Shown here piece after piece: positions 15,936-30,971 of a stretch of 64,000 bases of DNA. Location: the NCBI GenBank assembly GCA_002104945.1, contig MCFH01000067.1, forward strand, positions 186,001-250,000. The letters are read 5' to 3'. Under the pieces are notes generated by a model. That model searched no databases. It saw only the letters and a list, made by a program, of their open reading frames with translations, and was not told the origin of the DNA. Position 1 is the first letter of the stretch, and every line of letters starts with the position of its first letter. This DNA comes from Piromyces finnis finn. Its lineage: Eukaryota; Fungi; Neocallimastigomycota. The position numbers and the translations under genes were made by a program.

Positions 15936-17399
15936 TTTAAAACAATACATTTTTTTAAATTTTTTTTTTTAAGAATGAATAAGGAATATATAAATAAATG
16001 AAATTACAATATTCAGTAGTAATTTCAGTAATATTTTATATATAATTCCATAAGCATAAAACAAAATCATTACTCTATAGACTTTTCCGAAAACTGCTAT
16101 TTCGCTAAATAATTTAGAATATCATTAGATTGTGGTATATTTCCTTAATGATTTTATTTGTAAAATGAAATCATAAACAACAATATGGAAAATAACAAAT
16201 AATAATAATAGACACAGAAAAAGTACATATATTATTATTATTACTATTATAATAAATGTATAAGACTACCATATATTTAATATATTTCACACTTATAAAA
16301 ATATTATTAAATAGGGATATTTATTCTTATCTATTGAAAAAATAAATACATTTTGTATTAATCATTAAGAACTAAATTATTTTCACATTTCATTTTTTTA
16401 GGAACAATAATTGAATGTAATGTGGTTCTAATAATTAAAGTAATAATCATTAGATGATACTGAATCATTGCATCATGAAATTATATTTTTATTTAATTCC
16501 GGTGTTATATATGTATACTATTTTAGTATCAATAGAAAAATAATATATAGTTCTTATTATAAAACAGTGTAATAAATACCAAAGAGTATATATCATAAAA
16601 CATATTATATCTATTTATATTATGTATATAGTATAAATTTATAATTAAAAAAAAAAAGACTTATATAGTTTTAATTTTACTATCTTTTAAAATATATATA
16701 TTGAAATATTATATAACGTTGACATCTATATATATAAAACTAATTTGAAATTACTAATTACTTAAAATTATTAATAATAATAAATCCATATTATACACAT
16801 TTCATATTTTAGGAATGTGTATAATATAATTGCTATTATATTATAAATAATTGTATATTTCTACTTTATATCCTTTTGTTTTATAATTTTATTTCTTTTA
16901 TAATATGTCCTATATTACTATTTTCAAAGATTCACTTTACTTCTTCACCACACCAAAAGAATAATAATTAGTCAATAAAATACTCTTATTTCATTGGATA
17001 ATCATGTAATGAATAATAAACAAGGTTACACTGATTTTTCATAGGATTAGTTTATTAATGATGAAAGTGGAGAGGATAAAATTTATGTAAAAAACCCATT
17101 TTTTAAAAAAATATAAATTTCAAACGAGATTACGAAAAAAATAAAACCTTTAAATATAATAAAGTAATTATTAAAATAATAACAATCAGTTTGTGTATTA
17201 AAACTTCAGGTATTTTATTTGTAAATATAAAAAGTATTTTATGTAAAAATTTTTAATTTTTTTTAAAAATATTATAGGGTTAGAATGAATGGGATCAGTA
17301 AAAAGAGAAAGAAAGAAAATAAAAAGGAATATTTTTTAAAACTTTCTATTAATATTATAAATTATAAATAATTTTCAAAGAAGCAATGTTCACAGTGGA

Positions 17400-20300
17400 A
17401 ACTTTCTACGAAAGAAACAAAATCTTCAGTATTACTTTCTTACGACGTTTTAGACTATATTGTTAATACTGTAGATAAAATATTATACACTTGATCAAGT
17501 GGTAGCTTATGGGAAACTAATACTAATGCAATAGATTATAAGTACTAAAGATAACGAATTATTTAACAATGAACGTAGAATTAAATATGAAACTAATATA
17601 AATATTAAAGTTTTTTTTGGTTTAACTGTGAAAATAGTATTGAATAAGAAATCGATAAAAGTGTTAAAGATTTTTTTTTCTATTGTTGTTTATAATAATA
17701 AACTATAATAATAAATTATACTACTGATACAAATTATTTAGAAAACTAATTTATTAGTTATCTGATCCAGTTAATGTTGGGTGTGAGAAATTATTTATTG
17801 AATGTGAAAGTACAGTAACAAAAAAAATGTTAATAATTGGGAAGGTATTACTTAACCTAAAGAAAGTACTTGTTCAATAACACGTAATATATGATATAAG
17901 CTTTGCATCGATAGTGTCTAACTGAAATTCTGTTAGTGTAGCTTAATGTGATTCGGGTATTAAAGCTAATAATACCAGAAATAATATTAGGCTACTTTGT
18001 TAAATCAGATGAAATTAATGCATTCACTAATAAGAATGTAGTAAAATTTTACAGTGAGGTTAATATTTATATATTACAAGTCATTCTTATTATATATGGG
18101 TATAATAGATATTTAGAATAAACATTCCATATTATAATTGTTGAATTGATATATAATGTTTAATTAAACTCTTTTTAAGAAAAGTGTAATAATTAAAGGA
18201 TGATATACTTCAATATCATAAAAAGTCAAATACTTTTAAATATATAAAATGAAACTTGACGTGAATTTATTAGTTAACTTCTTTAATAGTTAACTTCTTT
18301 AATATTTCATGATTTTTTAATTGATATTATTAATTTATAGCTTTAATTATTAATTATAGAATATTAAAAAATGATATTTTTTTTTATTAAACATCATTTA
18401 TCAATTTTAATAATTAAATTATAAAATAAAAACAACAACAATAATAATAGTAATAATAAAATAATAATGTTGCTATCATTCATTTTATAAAAGATTTTGA
18501 TTTCAAATAAATCTTCTTTTTTTTTTAAATAATGGGATAAACTTTTCTCTATAAGTTTTTATAATCCAAATAGGTAATTTCTTTGAGAATTATTAATACA
18601 TTTATTTCCCAAAGAAATTAATTTATAATTTTTAAAGTTTTTTTATTATGATTTTTTTTTCAAAATTTCAAAAAATAATATTAATTTCAAATGAGCTTTC
18701 AGAAAAGTAGACAATAAGCATTAAAATAATTATTTCATATAATAAAACTATTTTGTTTAAACATAAATTGGTATATTAGTGTATATATATAAGAAAACTA
18801 AATATTTAAGCTTTTTATATAATAAATTTGTATTGCTCTTAGAAATTTTTTTTTAGCTAAAAAGCTTGTAAAAAAATCAGTGTAGCAAGTCATAAATTTC
18901 TTATTATAAAAATAATAAAAAAAAATATTAAAAATCAATAGTACTAAACTAAATTGTAAACAATCCTATTTAGTATTATTGATTCTTGCAATACTGAAAG
19001 TAAGAGTAATATCTAATAATATTTAAAAACGGTTTTAAATAGTTTAAAGTGAATTAATAGCTATTATTGATTGTATTGTAGGTAGTTAAGAAAGTAATTG
19101 TAATTTCAGAAGAATTGTTGATTATTACTTTGCAAAAGGTGGTTTATTTTTTTGGTGTTATAAATGATGAAATACAATACATAGAAATTATTAAAAAAGA
19201 AGTTGCTGTTTTTAAAGTTATATTGACTTTTTATTTCGTATTAAAAAGTCAATGTGACTACTGAAACAACTGATAATGGTATTATTAGTGATATTAGTAT
19301 TAATGATCTTGATACTTTGACTAATTTTGATTGTGCAGGCGGTGGTACATGCACTCAAACATCTGGATATGTTAAAGATGAAACTTTAGATTCAACCGCC
19401 GGTACTTTTTATTCAGAAAGTTCAACTATAAGTACTCAAATTTCAGTTTTTGGTAAATTAACTGGAACCAATGCTAATGATACAAAATTCTGTTTTGGTA
19501 TTAAGGGTAGGGACAATACTCCTGTAGATCTTAATATAACTACTGTTTAAAAAAAAAGTATATTTCTGGAATTGTAGATAAATGCTTTTGATATTACCAC
19601 TGAATATGTTACTGTAAAAGTCACTGATAACACAATTACTTTAGATAAATCTGTTCCAGAAAAGTTAACTGTATAGAATTTAATTTTTATTTATTTTAAG
19701 TACTCATTATTAATTCTTTTTTTTTATTAAATATAATTAAATTTGTAATAAAAAAGCCCGTAATGGATATTGTGTCAATTATAGTATTAAGAAAATGAAA
19801 AAGGCAAGATGTGATAATGGAAATTAGGATATGGTTTATAATTGTGTTGCTACTGATACTTGTACAGATGTTTCAACGTCATACTTTAGGTATAAAATTA
19901 AATATCGTTTAAAACTATATACTATTTAAAATATATATTAAATTACATTTAATAAATGCTATTTATATAAAAAAGTGATATAAAAACAGCATAAGCAAAA
20001 AAAATTGTGGACCAATTACTACAAGCCCAACTAATTCAACGAAATGTAATATACTATTAATCTATTATTAATCTATTGTTAATACCAGTTTTAAGGATTA
20101 AAATTTGGATTCATAATAACTTTATAAAATAAAATATAAAATCATTATAGGTACTAATGGTATTAAATACTTCCTTGCTAAGAAAAATAATAATGGATTA
20201 ACTAATGATATTTCAGTCGATGCTTTATATCTATGTAAAACTAGAGTATGTAATAAGCAATTAACAGTTATTTGGTATCTTTTGAATACTGAAATCTACT

Positions 20301-20770
20301 ACAAACTTCAATAATAAATATATTAAATGTACATCAGCCGTAGGAAGAATAAGTTCTTGTACTTTACTTCCTAATCCCACTACAGGTGGTAGTTGTAGTT
20401 GTAACTCTGTTAAATTAATTCAATCAACTATTGATAATTACAGAATATATATTGAAGGTACTGCTTTTAAAGTATTAGATACAATTTATAGTTAGTGCCG
20501 CTGATACTACAAACGAATTTGTTGGAGGAATAGATGGTCATTTCATTGTCAATACAAATGAAAACAATAGCATTCTCTATACCATTGGAGGTAATTTATT
20601 TACCTATATGTAAAAAAAACTTTAGAATTTTAAAATCACTTAATATTAAATTAATTTTAAATCTATTATTATAAAATAAAATAAAAAATATTATATAACT
20701 TTAAAGAGGAAATACATATATGATGCTATTGGTAATGAAATTAATAAAAGTAATATTTGTGATAAAATTG
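17400..20770 (+). pseudogene. Decayed scaffoldin-like paralog(s), boundaries approximate
   Basis: Fragments FDCAGGGTCTQTSGYVK (compare YDCVNGVCTRTSGFIK in the array genes), KLCID and DALYLCKTRVC, with intron-like gaps, stops and frameshifts. Confidence 0.55.
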
Positions 20771-21730
20771 AAAATAAATGAATTTATTAGCCAATTTGAT
20801 GAAAATGAATTAAAAATCAATGCTAGTAATAATGATAATATTGATTACTACAAAAAAAATATAGTTATTCTGCTTAAATATTTTGTTTTTTAATATGATA
20901 AACTTTACTTTGGTATAAGTATTTTGTAAAATCAAATGATATAATAAATTCTTTAAATAGAAAAAAAAACAATGAAACATTATAATAATTTTAGAATACT
21001 TATCTTATGTAAATATTGTAATTGGTATTATTATTTGAACTATTTTTAAATATTTTTAATAGCTATTTGAGATATATGTTTAAATTGCTTTATCAACATA
21101 TAAAATATATCATAATATTTTTATAAAGAAATATGAAAAATAACGAATAGAAGTTGTTTCCAATTCAAACTTAAAATCACAATTTAAATAGCAATTTAAA
21201 AGTTTACATCAGTAATAACGAAAATCTAAGATAAATTAACTTTTTTAATTTTATAATTAAAAATAACTGTCAATACAAAAATCAAGGCAATCATTATAAT
21301 TAAATATATTGCATCAATTCCAAATCAAATTCTAATTTTTATATCATATATAAGATATAGGTATAGGCTATATAACTCATTGATTATGAATTTTTTTTAA
21401 TGAATATTTTTAAAAAAAAAGGCCAGGAAAGGGAAATGAGAATGTTTGTTATTTTTGTCAATTAAATATTCTAATTTTTCAATATATTTAAATTATAATT
21501 ATTACTTTAAAAGAACATTTTATTGATTATTTTTCACATTATAATTATTTACAAAATATAAAGATTATTCTTATTACTTTATTTTTTTATTAGAATATAT
21601 TAAATAAAAAAAAGTAGATTTTCTGTTATCAATAAGTTTTCTCATGTTTCTTCTATTATTATAAAATTTATAATTACTTTTTTGTTATTTTTTTTTATTT
21701 TTATTTTTTTATTTTATAAAATTTATTATT

Positions 21731-21744
21731 CGGAAATAGATCCG
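21731..21744. promoter_or_regulatory. CGG-N8-CCG inverted triplet upstream of each array gene (also at 26811, 31875, 37042, 42321); candidate Zn2Cys6-type site
   Basis: CGGAAA(T/G)AGATCCG is the conspicuous CpG-containing motif in an almost pure A/T spacer. Function is inferred only. Confidence 0.3.
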
Positions 21745-22472
21745 CTTCTATTAATTTTAATAAAAAATATTGGAAACAAAAAAAAAGAAAAAAAAATTTT
21801 TTTTTGTTTCCAATATTAAAAATTTTTTTTTGGTAAAATAATTATTATTATTATTTTTTTTTTTTTTGTTTTAATGGATAAATTGAAAAATCAAATTTTT
21901 ATTTGCATTTTTTATGGTTTCTAAAAAAAAAAAAAAAAAGAAAGAATAAAGCAATAATAAAAAAGAAATAAAATAATTCTAATTCTTTTTATCAATTTAT
22001 TGTTATTGAAATATTCAAATAATCAAAAATAATCTTTTTAATAAAAACAAATAAATTTATTATTACTAATTAATTATTATTATTTTAAAATGATTGTTTG
22101 TTTGTTTCATTTTTTTTTTCATATTAAATTAAATGCTGATGAATTTTGAATATTAAACATACTTCTAACTTTAGTTTTTTCTTTTCTTTTAATTGTAATT
22201 TCACCATAATAATTTTTTTTGTAGTTTTTATGGTGGGTGGGTTAAAAGTTTTTTATTTTCCTTTTTTTTAAGTATATTTTTTAATAAAATGAAAATTTTT
22301 GAAAAATATAAATTTTGCATGAGATTTTGAAAATTTTAAAAAGTCATAAAACAATAAAATAATTATTAGTTTAATAATAAATATTTTATTTAAAACCCAT
22401 TTTGTATAATAGTGTATATATTTAAAATCATTATTTATTGTAGAATAGAAAAAATCAACAAAATAGAAAAAA

Positions 22473-25400
22473 ATGCTTGGCAAGAATATTTTAAGGTTTC
22501 TAAAATCATCATTCTTATTATGACTATGAAAATGAATAGTTTATTCATAAACTAATGATATATATAATATTTTATAATTATTCACTGAAAAAACATAAAA
22601 ACTAACATGTATATTTACATATATATTTAAAAAATATAAATTTAAAAAATATATTTTTTGCAGTATCATTGGTTTATTATTTGTTGGTCGTACCTTAGCA
22701 GAACAAGGTAAATATAAGAAATATTAATAAGAATTAATATACCAAAAAAAAAATAATAAAAAACTAAAATGGTTTATTTTTTGAATTTATAATTTAATAA
22801 ATAAAGGTAATACTTTACCAAATTGTACAAATGAAGCTTCTGATAGAAGAAGAGATGGAACAGAAGGAGGTACTGAATCATACTGTATAGATAAAGAATC
22901 AAATAAAATTTATAATGTAATTAATAGAGAAATGCCATTATCTGGAGGTGTTCATGTTTTCATGAATAAAGGAGAAAGTGGAATAAGTGAAATTAGTTTA
23001 ACTGGTGGAGCTTCAAATCCAATTGAAAGTGGAAAGGAAGGAGAATTATCTATGTATCTTTGTGATGAAGATAATGTTTGTAAAAAAACTGAAGGTTATA
23101 TTAAAGTAACTTATGGTACTGAGGGACAAGATAAAAAAGAAGACTATTACGAAATTGAATTGGGTTCCAGTAAAAAAGCAGAAGAAGTTACTGATAAATG
23201 TGATGGAAAAGGTAGAATTGGTTTACAATCTTCTACTTATGGTGTTTGTTTATCTGTAAAAGGTGAAAGTGTTGAATTTGGTGAAGAAAAAAATTATATC
23301 TTAGATGGTGAAATTAGTCAAAGTTCAATCTTTAAATCTGTTGCTAATAGTAAAGATGGTATTGTTTTAACTCGTGATGTAAGCAAAATTTATTTCAATA
23401 ATATTTATACTGGTAAGTATTTACAATTTATATAAAATTAAAAAAAAAATATATATATATATATAATGATATTTAATTTTATTAAATCAAAATAATTAAT
23501 CATCATTAAAAAATAATATTTATATTTAAAAATAAATAGATGAAGAATTTTGTCAATATGAAGATAAGAAAATAATCAAAAGAAAAGAACAATTTGTTGA
23601 TGGTACCATTTTAAATACCTTATATGAATGTGCAGATGGTGTTTGTGATATATCTAAAGTTCCTGAAAATGTTGGTTAGTATTTAAATATATATTAGAAT
23701 AAAATTTATTATAATAAAAAGCAATTTTCAAAGAGTACAATATTAATTGAAAAATAAATATTTTATTAATAATGGTAATTAGAAAATGGAAATTATTTAG
23801 TAGATGGTATAATTTATAATCGTTCAGGTGCTGAAATTGAAAAACTAACTGAATCAGGAATTTTTGCATTCAAACAAAGTGATCCAACTGATATTACTTA
23901 TAGTAATTTATTAAGTTCAAATGATATTGGTGAATTAACTTCAAATGATCTTGGTTCAGTTTATCTTTATGATTGTGTTAATGGAGTATGTACCCGTACC
24001 TCTGGTTTTATAAAATATGGTACAAGTACTAATGGATCAATAGCTTTAGCCGAATGTACTAAAGAAAGTGGATGTAAAACTTTAGATTCTGTAGATTGTA
24101 CAGAAGAAACTGATAATAGTAAAATTAATTTGGATGAAAATAATAACATGAAACTTTGTGTTTCAGGATCATTATCTACCTCAACTTATAATCTTATTGA
24201 TAATACAATGTATGAAACTAATTCAAACGAGAATATTATTGGAGCAAAACAAAGTAAACTATGATATAAATATTTTTTTTTTATTATTAAAAAATTTGTA
24301 AAAATATTATTTATTGAAATATTAATTAATACCAATTTTAATTTTTGTTATTTTAAATTTTTAATATGAAAATAATTTTTTTATAGCTGGTAGTTTCTTT
24401 AAGGATAGTGAACTTAAAGTTTGTACCGATGGAGATTGTAAAAAACTAGAAAGTGCCGCTGGTTATTACTTAAATTCTTATACAAATAATGACGATGAAA
24501 GAAAAAAATTAATTTCCTGTGCTAATGGTAGTTGTAAACTCATTGAACCAAAGAATGGTTACTACATCAACAAAGATAGTTCTAATTCTAAAAGTGCAAT
24601 TCTTTGTGATGCTGCTCTTGATGAAGTTAGTTGTAAAGAAACTGTTCTTGCTACTAGTTGTACTGATAATGCCAATAAACTTGTTTACAATAATGATTTC
24701 AAATATTGTCATGGTAACTTTGAAAAAGACATTCCAAGCACTGAAGAAACTGTTAATCTTTATCAAGTTGATGGTGTTAAAGCATCAGGAATTAATTATC
24801 CAACAGATTTCATTACTGAAGAATCAGAAAATAAGATGGTTATTCAAGTTAATCAATATTCAGTAACTCAATATATTAATAATGATTGTAAATATCAAAT
24901 ATAAGAAAAAATAATATAATTTATTATTGTATTATTTATTAATATTTAAAAATTTTATTAAATATTATTTTTGTTTTTTAGTATTCTGTATTAACGGCGA
25001 TGTAAAGAAAAATGAATGTGTAAATGGAGATACCGGGATTAAATGTGATGATGCTAAAAAAAGTTGTAAAATCTTTATTGTTGGAGCATGTGATCTTAAA
25101 GATATAAATGAAAACTGTAATTTTATATTAATTATTTTATTATAAATTATATAAAAATTAAATTAACTAATTTATAAAAAAAATATGATTAAAATAATAG
25201 GTGATGGATACTATGTTAATGAAAGTAATAAATTACAAATGTGTGCTGTTGATAATGCAGAAAATAAAATTAACTGTAATGATGTTACTAAAATTGGTTA
25301 CTTCAAAAACGATAGAGCTAAAACCTACATTAAATGTATTACTGATGGATCACAAACACAAACAATTAAATGTGAAGAACTTGAACAATTAGGAAGTACT

Positions 25401-25892
25401 TGTAGTAGTGTTGGTGACTTAATTAAAGATGAAAGTGATAATGTAAAACTTTGTGTTGAAAGTAATAATGGTAATGCTATTACTATATTCACAAATGAAG
25501 ATTCCAAAAAATACTTTATCAAGGCATCTGGATTAAATTCTAGTATTACTGATGAACAAAAAAAGCATTACATAGTTAATGTCGCTGAAAATGAAGTTTT
25601 AACTGAAACTGCTGATTCTGGTAATTAAATAATATTTTTAAAATGAATAATAAAACTTTTTATAAAGATGATATAAAAAAAAACTAATTCAATGAAAATT
25701 TTATTATTATTATTATTATATTTTTTTTTTAAAAAAATAGAATACAAGAAATATAAATATATAAAAAGTACTGGTACTCCAGCTATTTTAGTTAAGGGTG
25801 AACAAAAAGGTATTACTACAGGTGAATTAGTTGAATTTACTAAAAGTAAAGATAATGATAATACTTATGAAAAAGAAGATATTTCTCCATAA
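22473..25892 (+). CDS. Secreted Cys-rich scaffoldin-like protein, copy 1 (9 exons, 828 aa)
   Basis: Exons 22473-22495, 22664-22707, 22807-23412, 23540-23674, 23783-24253, 24387-24887, 24982-25116, 25201-25620 and 25741-25892 sum to 2487 nt in frame. Signal peptide MLGKNILSIIGLLFVGRTLA. Repeated GYY...C...C motifs (GYYLN..ISCANGSC, GYYINKD..ILCD) match the gut-fungal scaffoldin repeat. No C-terminal TM segment. Confidence 0.85.
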
Positions 25893-27549
25893 ATATATTT
25901 ATAATGAATTTAAATATTAAACCAAAAAATATTATACATTAATGAATTTGTAAAAAAAAATTATTCTTGTATTTTTTTTAATTGTTTAAAGATAAAGATA
26001 AAAATTATATTATTATATAATTAGTTTAAAGAAAAAAAATATATTATAATACAAAAAAAAAGAAAGGATAGTTTTAAACTTATTTATAATGTAAATAGTG
26101 ATGTATTATAATATTATTTTAAGAAAAAATACTACAAAATGTATATATATGTAATCAATCGAATTTATATTTTATATATAAATTTAAAGATTATTATATT
26201 ATTTTACTAACAAAATTGTTGTATTTTTAATTCTTGAAAAGGAGAAAAACATTAAAAAAAAATAAAAGAATACTTATGTATAAAAAATAAAAGTTTTATA
26301 TATTGAAAAATTTTTAAATTTTTATTTTTTTTTAAAAAAAATATTAATTCAAAAAGTATTACTTTAAAAAATATTTTTAGTTTTTAGTTATTATATATTT
26401 AATATTTTTACTTAAAAAATTAAGATTGGAAATGAAAATGAAAGGATTTATTATTATTTATTTTCAAATATTTTTAAATTATTTTTCAATAATGGCCTAG
26501 GGATTACTCTTTAAATTATAATTATTGCTATAAAAGAACATTTTATTTATTATTTTTCAAATTATAATTATTTACAAAATATAAAGATTATTCTTATTAC
26601 TTTCTTTTTTTATTAAAATATATTAAATAAAAAAAGTAGATTTTCTGTTATCAATAAGTTTTCTCATGTTTCTTCTATTATAAAATTTATAATTACTTTT
26701 TTTTATATTTCCTTTTTTTTATTTTTTTTTTTATTTCATTTTTTTATTTTATAAAAATAAATATTATATTTTTTTTTATTTTTTTTTTTTATTTTATAAA
26801 ATTTATTATTCGGAAAGAGATCCGCTTCTATTAATTTTAATAAAAATTATTGGAAACAAAAAAAGAAAAAAAAATTTTTTTTTGTTTCCAATATTAAAAA
26901 TTTTTTTTTGGTAAAATAATTATTATTATTATTTTTTTTTTTTGTTTTAATGGATAAATTGAAAAATCAAATTTTTATTTGCATTTTTTATGGTTTCTAA
27001 AAAAAAAAAAAAAAAGAAAGAATAAAGCAATAATAAAAAAGAAATAAAATAATTCTAATTCTTTTTATCAATTTATTGTTATTGAAATATTCAAATAATC
27101 AAAAATAATCTTTTTAATAAAAACAAATAAATTTATTATTACTAATTAATTATTATTATTTTAAAATAATTGATTGTTTGTTTCATTTTTTTTTTTCATA
27201 TTAAATTAAATGCTGATGAATTTTGAATATTAAACATACTTCTAACTTTAGTTTTTTCTTTTCTTTTAATTGTAATTTCACCATAATAATTTTTTTTGTA
27301 GTTTTTATGGTGGGTGGGTTAAAAGTTTTTTATTTTCCTTTTTTTTATGTATATTTTTTAATAAAATGAAAATTTTTGAAAAATATAAATTTTGCATGAG
27401 ATTTTGAAAATTTTAAAAAGTCATAAAACAATAAAATAATTATTAGTTTAATAATAAATATTTTATTTAAAACCCATTTTGTATAATAGTGTATATATCT
27501 AAAATCATTATTTATTGTAGAATAGAAAAAATCAACAAAATAGAAAAAA

Positions 27550-30500
27550 ATGCTTGGCAAGAATATTTTAAGGTTTCTAAAATCATCATTCTTATTATGA
27601 CTATGAAAATGAATAGTTTATTCATAAACTAATGATATATATAATATTTTATAATTATTCACTGAAAAAACATAAAAACTAACATGTATATTTACATATA
27701 TATTTAAAAAATATAAATTTAAAAAATATAAATTTAAAAAATATATTTTTTGCAGTATCATTGGTTTATTATTTGTTGGTCGTACCTTAGCACAACAAGG
27801 TAAATATAAGAAATATCAATAAAAATTAATATATATTAAAAAAATATTAAAAAACTAAAAAATGGTTTATTTTTTGAATTTATAATTTAATAAATAAAGG
27901 TAATGCTTTACCAGAATGTGAAGATGAAGTTGTTTTAAGAAGAGATGAAGTATTTGAACATACTGAATCATACTGTATAGATAAAGGATCAAAAAAAATT
28001 TATAATGTAAATGATAAATTATCACCATTATCTGAAGGTGTTCATGTTTTCATGAATGGAGGAGATGTTGGAATAAGTGAAATTAATTTAACTGGTGGAA
28101 CTTCAAATCCAATTGAAAGTGGAAAGGAAGGAAATTTATCTATGTATCTTTGTGATGAAGAAAATGTTTGTAATCAAACTGAAGGTTATATTAAAGTAAC
28201 TTATGGTACTAAAGATATTGAAAGTGAAGACTATTACGAAATTAAATCGGATTCCAGTAAAAAAGCAGAAAAAGTTACTGATAAATGTGATGGAAACAAT
28301 AGAATTGGTTTACAATCTTCTACTTATGGTGTTTGTTTATCTGTAGAAGGTAAAAGTGTTGAATTTGCTGGTGAAAGTGGAGAAGAAGAAAATTATCTTT
28401 TAGATGGTACAATAGCTAGTGGTTCAATCTTTAAATCTGTTGCTGAAGGTAAAAGTGGTATTGTTTTAACTCGTGATGTAAGCAAAATTTATTTCAATAA
28501 TATTTATACTGGTAAGTATTTACAATATATATAAAATTAAAAAAAAAATTATATATAATGATATTTAATTTTATTTAATCAAAATAATTAATCATCATTA
28601 AAAAATAATATTTATTCATAAAAATAAATAGATGAAGAATTTTGTAAATATGAAGATAAGAAAATAATCAAAAGAAAAGAACAATTTGTTGATGGTACCA
28701 TTTTAAATACCTTATATGAATGTGCAGATGGTGTTTGTGATATATCTAAAGTTCCTGAAAATGTTGGTTAGTATTTAAATATATGTTAGATTAAATTATA
28801 TTATAATAAAAAGCAATTTTCAAAGAGTACAATATTAATTGAAAAATAAATATTTTATTATTAATGGTAATTAGATGATGGAGATTATTTAGTAGATGGT
28901 ATAATTTATAATCGTTCAGGTGTTAAAATTGAACAACTAACTGAATCAGGAATTTTTGCATTCAAAAAAAGTGATCCAACTGATATTACTTATAGTAATT
29001 TATTAAGTTCAGATGATATTGGTAAATTAACTTCAAATGATCTTGGTTCAGTTTATCTTTATGATTGTGTTAATGGAGTATGTATCCGTACCCCTGGTTT
29101 TATAAAATATGGTAGTACAGCAGCTTTAGCCGAATGTACTAATGAAAAAAAATGTGAAACTTTAGAATCTGTAGATTGTAAAGAAGGAACTGCTAATGGT
29201 AGTATTAATTTAACTGGCACTGAAATGAAACTTTGTGTTTCAGAATCATTATCTGAATCAACTTATAATTCTATTGGTACTACAATGTATGAAACTAATT
29301 CAGACAAGAATATTATTGGAGCAAAACAAAGTAAACTACAATATAAATAATTTATTTTTATTCTTAAAGAATTTGTTAAATTTTTATTTATTGAAATATT
29401 AATACCAATTTTAATTTTTGTTATTTTAAATTTTTAATATGAAAATAATTTTTTTATAGCTGGTAATTTCCTTTCTGGAAGTAAACTTATAGTTTGTGAA
29501 GATGGAGAATGTACAAGCCCTGACAGTGCTGCTGGTTATTACTTAAATTCTAATTATGAAGAAATTACAGCTGGAAAGAAATTAATTTCCTGTACTGATG
29601 CTAATAATTGTGAACTCATTGAACCAAAGAATGGTTACTACATCAACAAAGATAGTACTAATTCTAAAAGGGCAATTCTTTGTGATAAAAATGGATGTTC
29701 AGAAACTGGTGATCTTACTAAAGAAAATTGTAATAGTGATGCCAATAAACTTGTTTACAGTAATGGTGCTTTAAAATATTGTGATGATAATAATGTTAAA
29801 AACATTCCAGGTGATTCTTCAACTGTTAATCTTTATGAAGTTAATGGTGTTAAAAAATCAGACATTAATTATCCAACAGATTTCATTGCAAATCCATCTA
29901 CAACAGAAAAGATGGTTATTCAAGTTGATCAATATTCAGTAACTCCATATGTTGATGAAAATAATTGTAAATATCAAATATAAGAAAAAATAATGTAATT
30001 TATTATTATACTATTTATTAATATTTAAAAAAAATTTTATTAAATATTATTTTTATTATTTAGCATTCTGTATTGAAGATGATGTAAAGAAAGCAAAATG
30101 TGAAGATGGAAATACCGGGTTTAAATGTGTTGATGCTACTGAAAGTTGTACAACATTCACTGTTGGAGCATGTGATCTTAAAGATATAAATGAAAACTGT
30201 AATTTTATATTAAAGAGTTTTATTATTAAATTTAAGAATATATATTATATTAAAATTAAAATAACTAAAAAAAAAACAAACTATTATAATAATAGGTAAT
30301 GGATACTATGTTAATGCAAGTAATGAATTAATTAGTTGTAATGGTGAAGAATGTGGAGAAGCTATTAATAAAATTGGTTACTTCAAAAACGGTAAAGCTA
30401 AAACCTATATTAAATGTACTACTAATGGAGAAAAACAACAAAGTATTACTTGTGAAGCAATTACTCCAGAATCTAATTGCGTTAATGTTGGTGACTTAAT

Positions 30501-30971
30501 TAAAGATGAAAGTGATAATGTAAAACTTTGTGTTGATAATATAAAAGAAAATGCTATTACTATATTCACAAATGAAGATTCCAAAAAATACTTTATCAAG
30601 GCATCTGGATTAAATAGTAAAGATAGTATTGTTTCTTCACAAAAGCATTACATAGTTAATGTCGCTGAAAATGAAGTTTTAACTGAAACCGTTACTGGTA
30701 ATTAAATAATATTTTTAAAATGAATAATAAAACTTTTTATAAAGATGATATATAAAAAAAAAAACTAATTCAATGAAAATTTTATTATTATATTTTATTT
30801 TAAAAAAAAATAGATTACAAGAAATATAAATATATAAAAAGTACTGGTACTCCAGCTATTTTAGTTAAAGGTAAAGAAAATGGTATTAAAGATCCTGAAA
30901 GTGAATTAGTTGAATTTACTAAAAGTAAAGAAAATGATAATACTTATGAAAAGGAAGATATTTCTCAATAA
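27550..30971 (+). CDS. Secreted scaffoldin-like protein, copy 2 (9 exons)
   Basis: Same exon structure and splice sites. The exons read through (3-6) are open, with in-frame indels. Confidence 0.85.

Noticed and set aside
22268-22483. Repeated 71-aa minus-strand ORF (also at 27345, 32415, 37573)
   Set aside because: It is antisense to the promoter and exon 1 of the array genes, has F/I/K-only AT-bias composition, and recurs only because the unit is duplicated.
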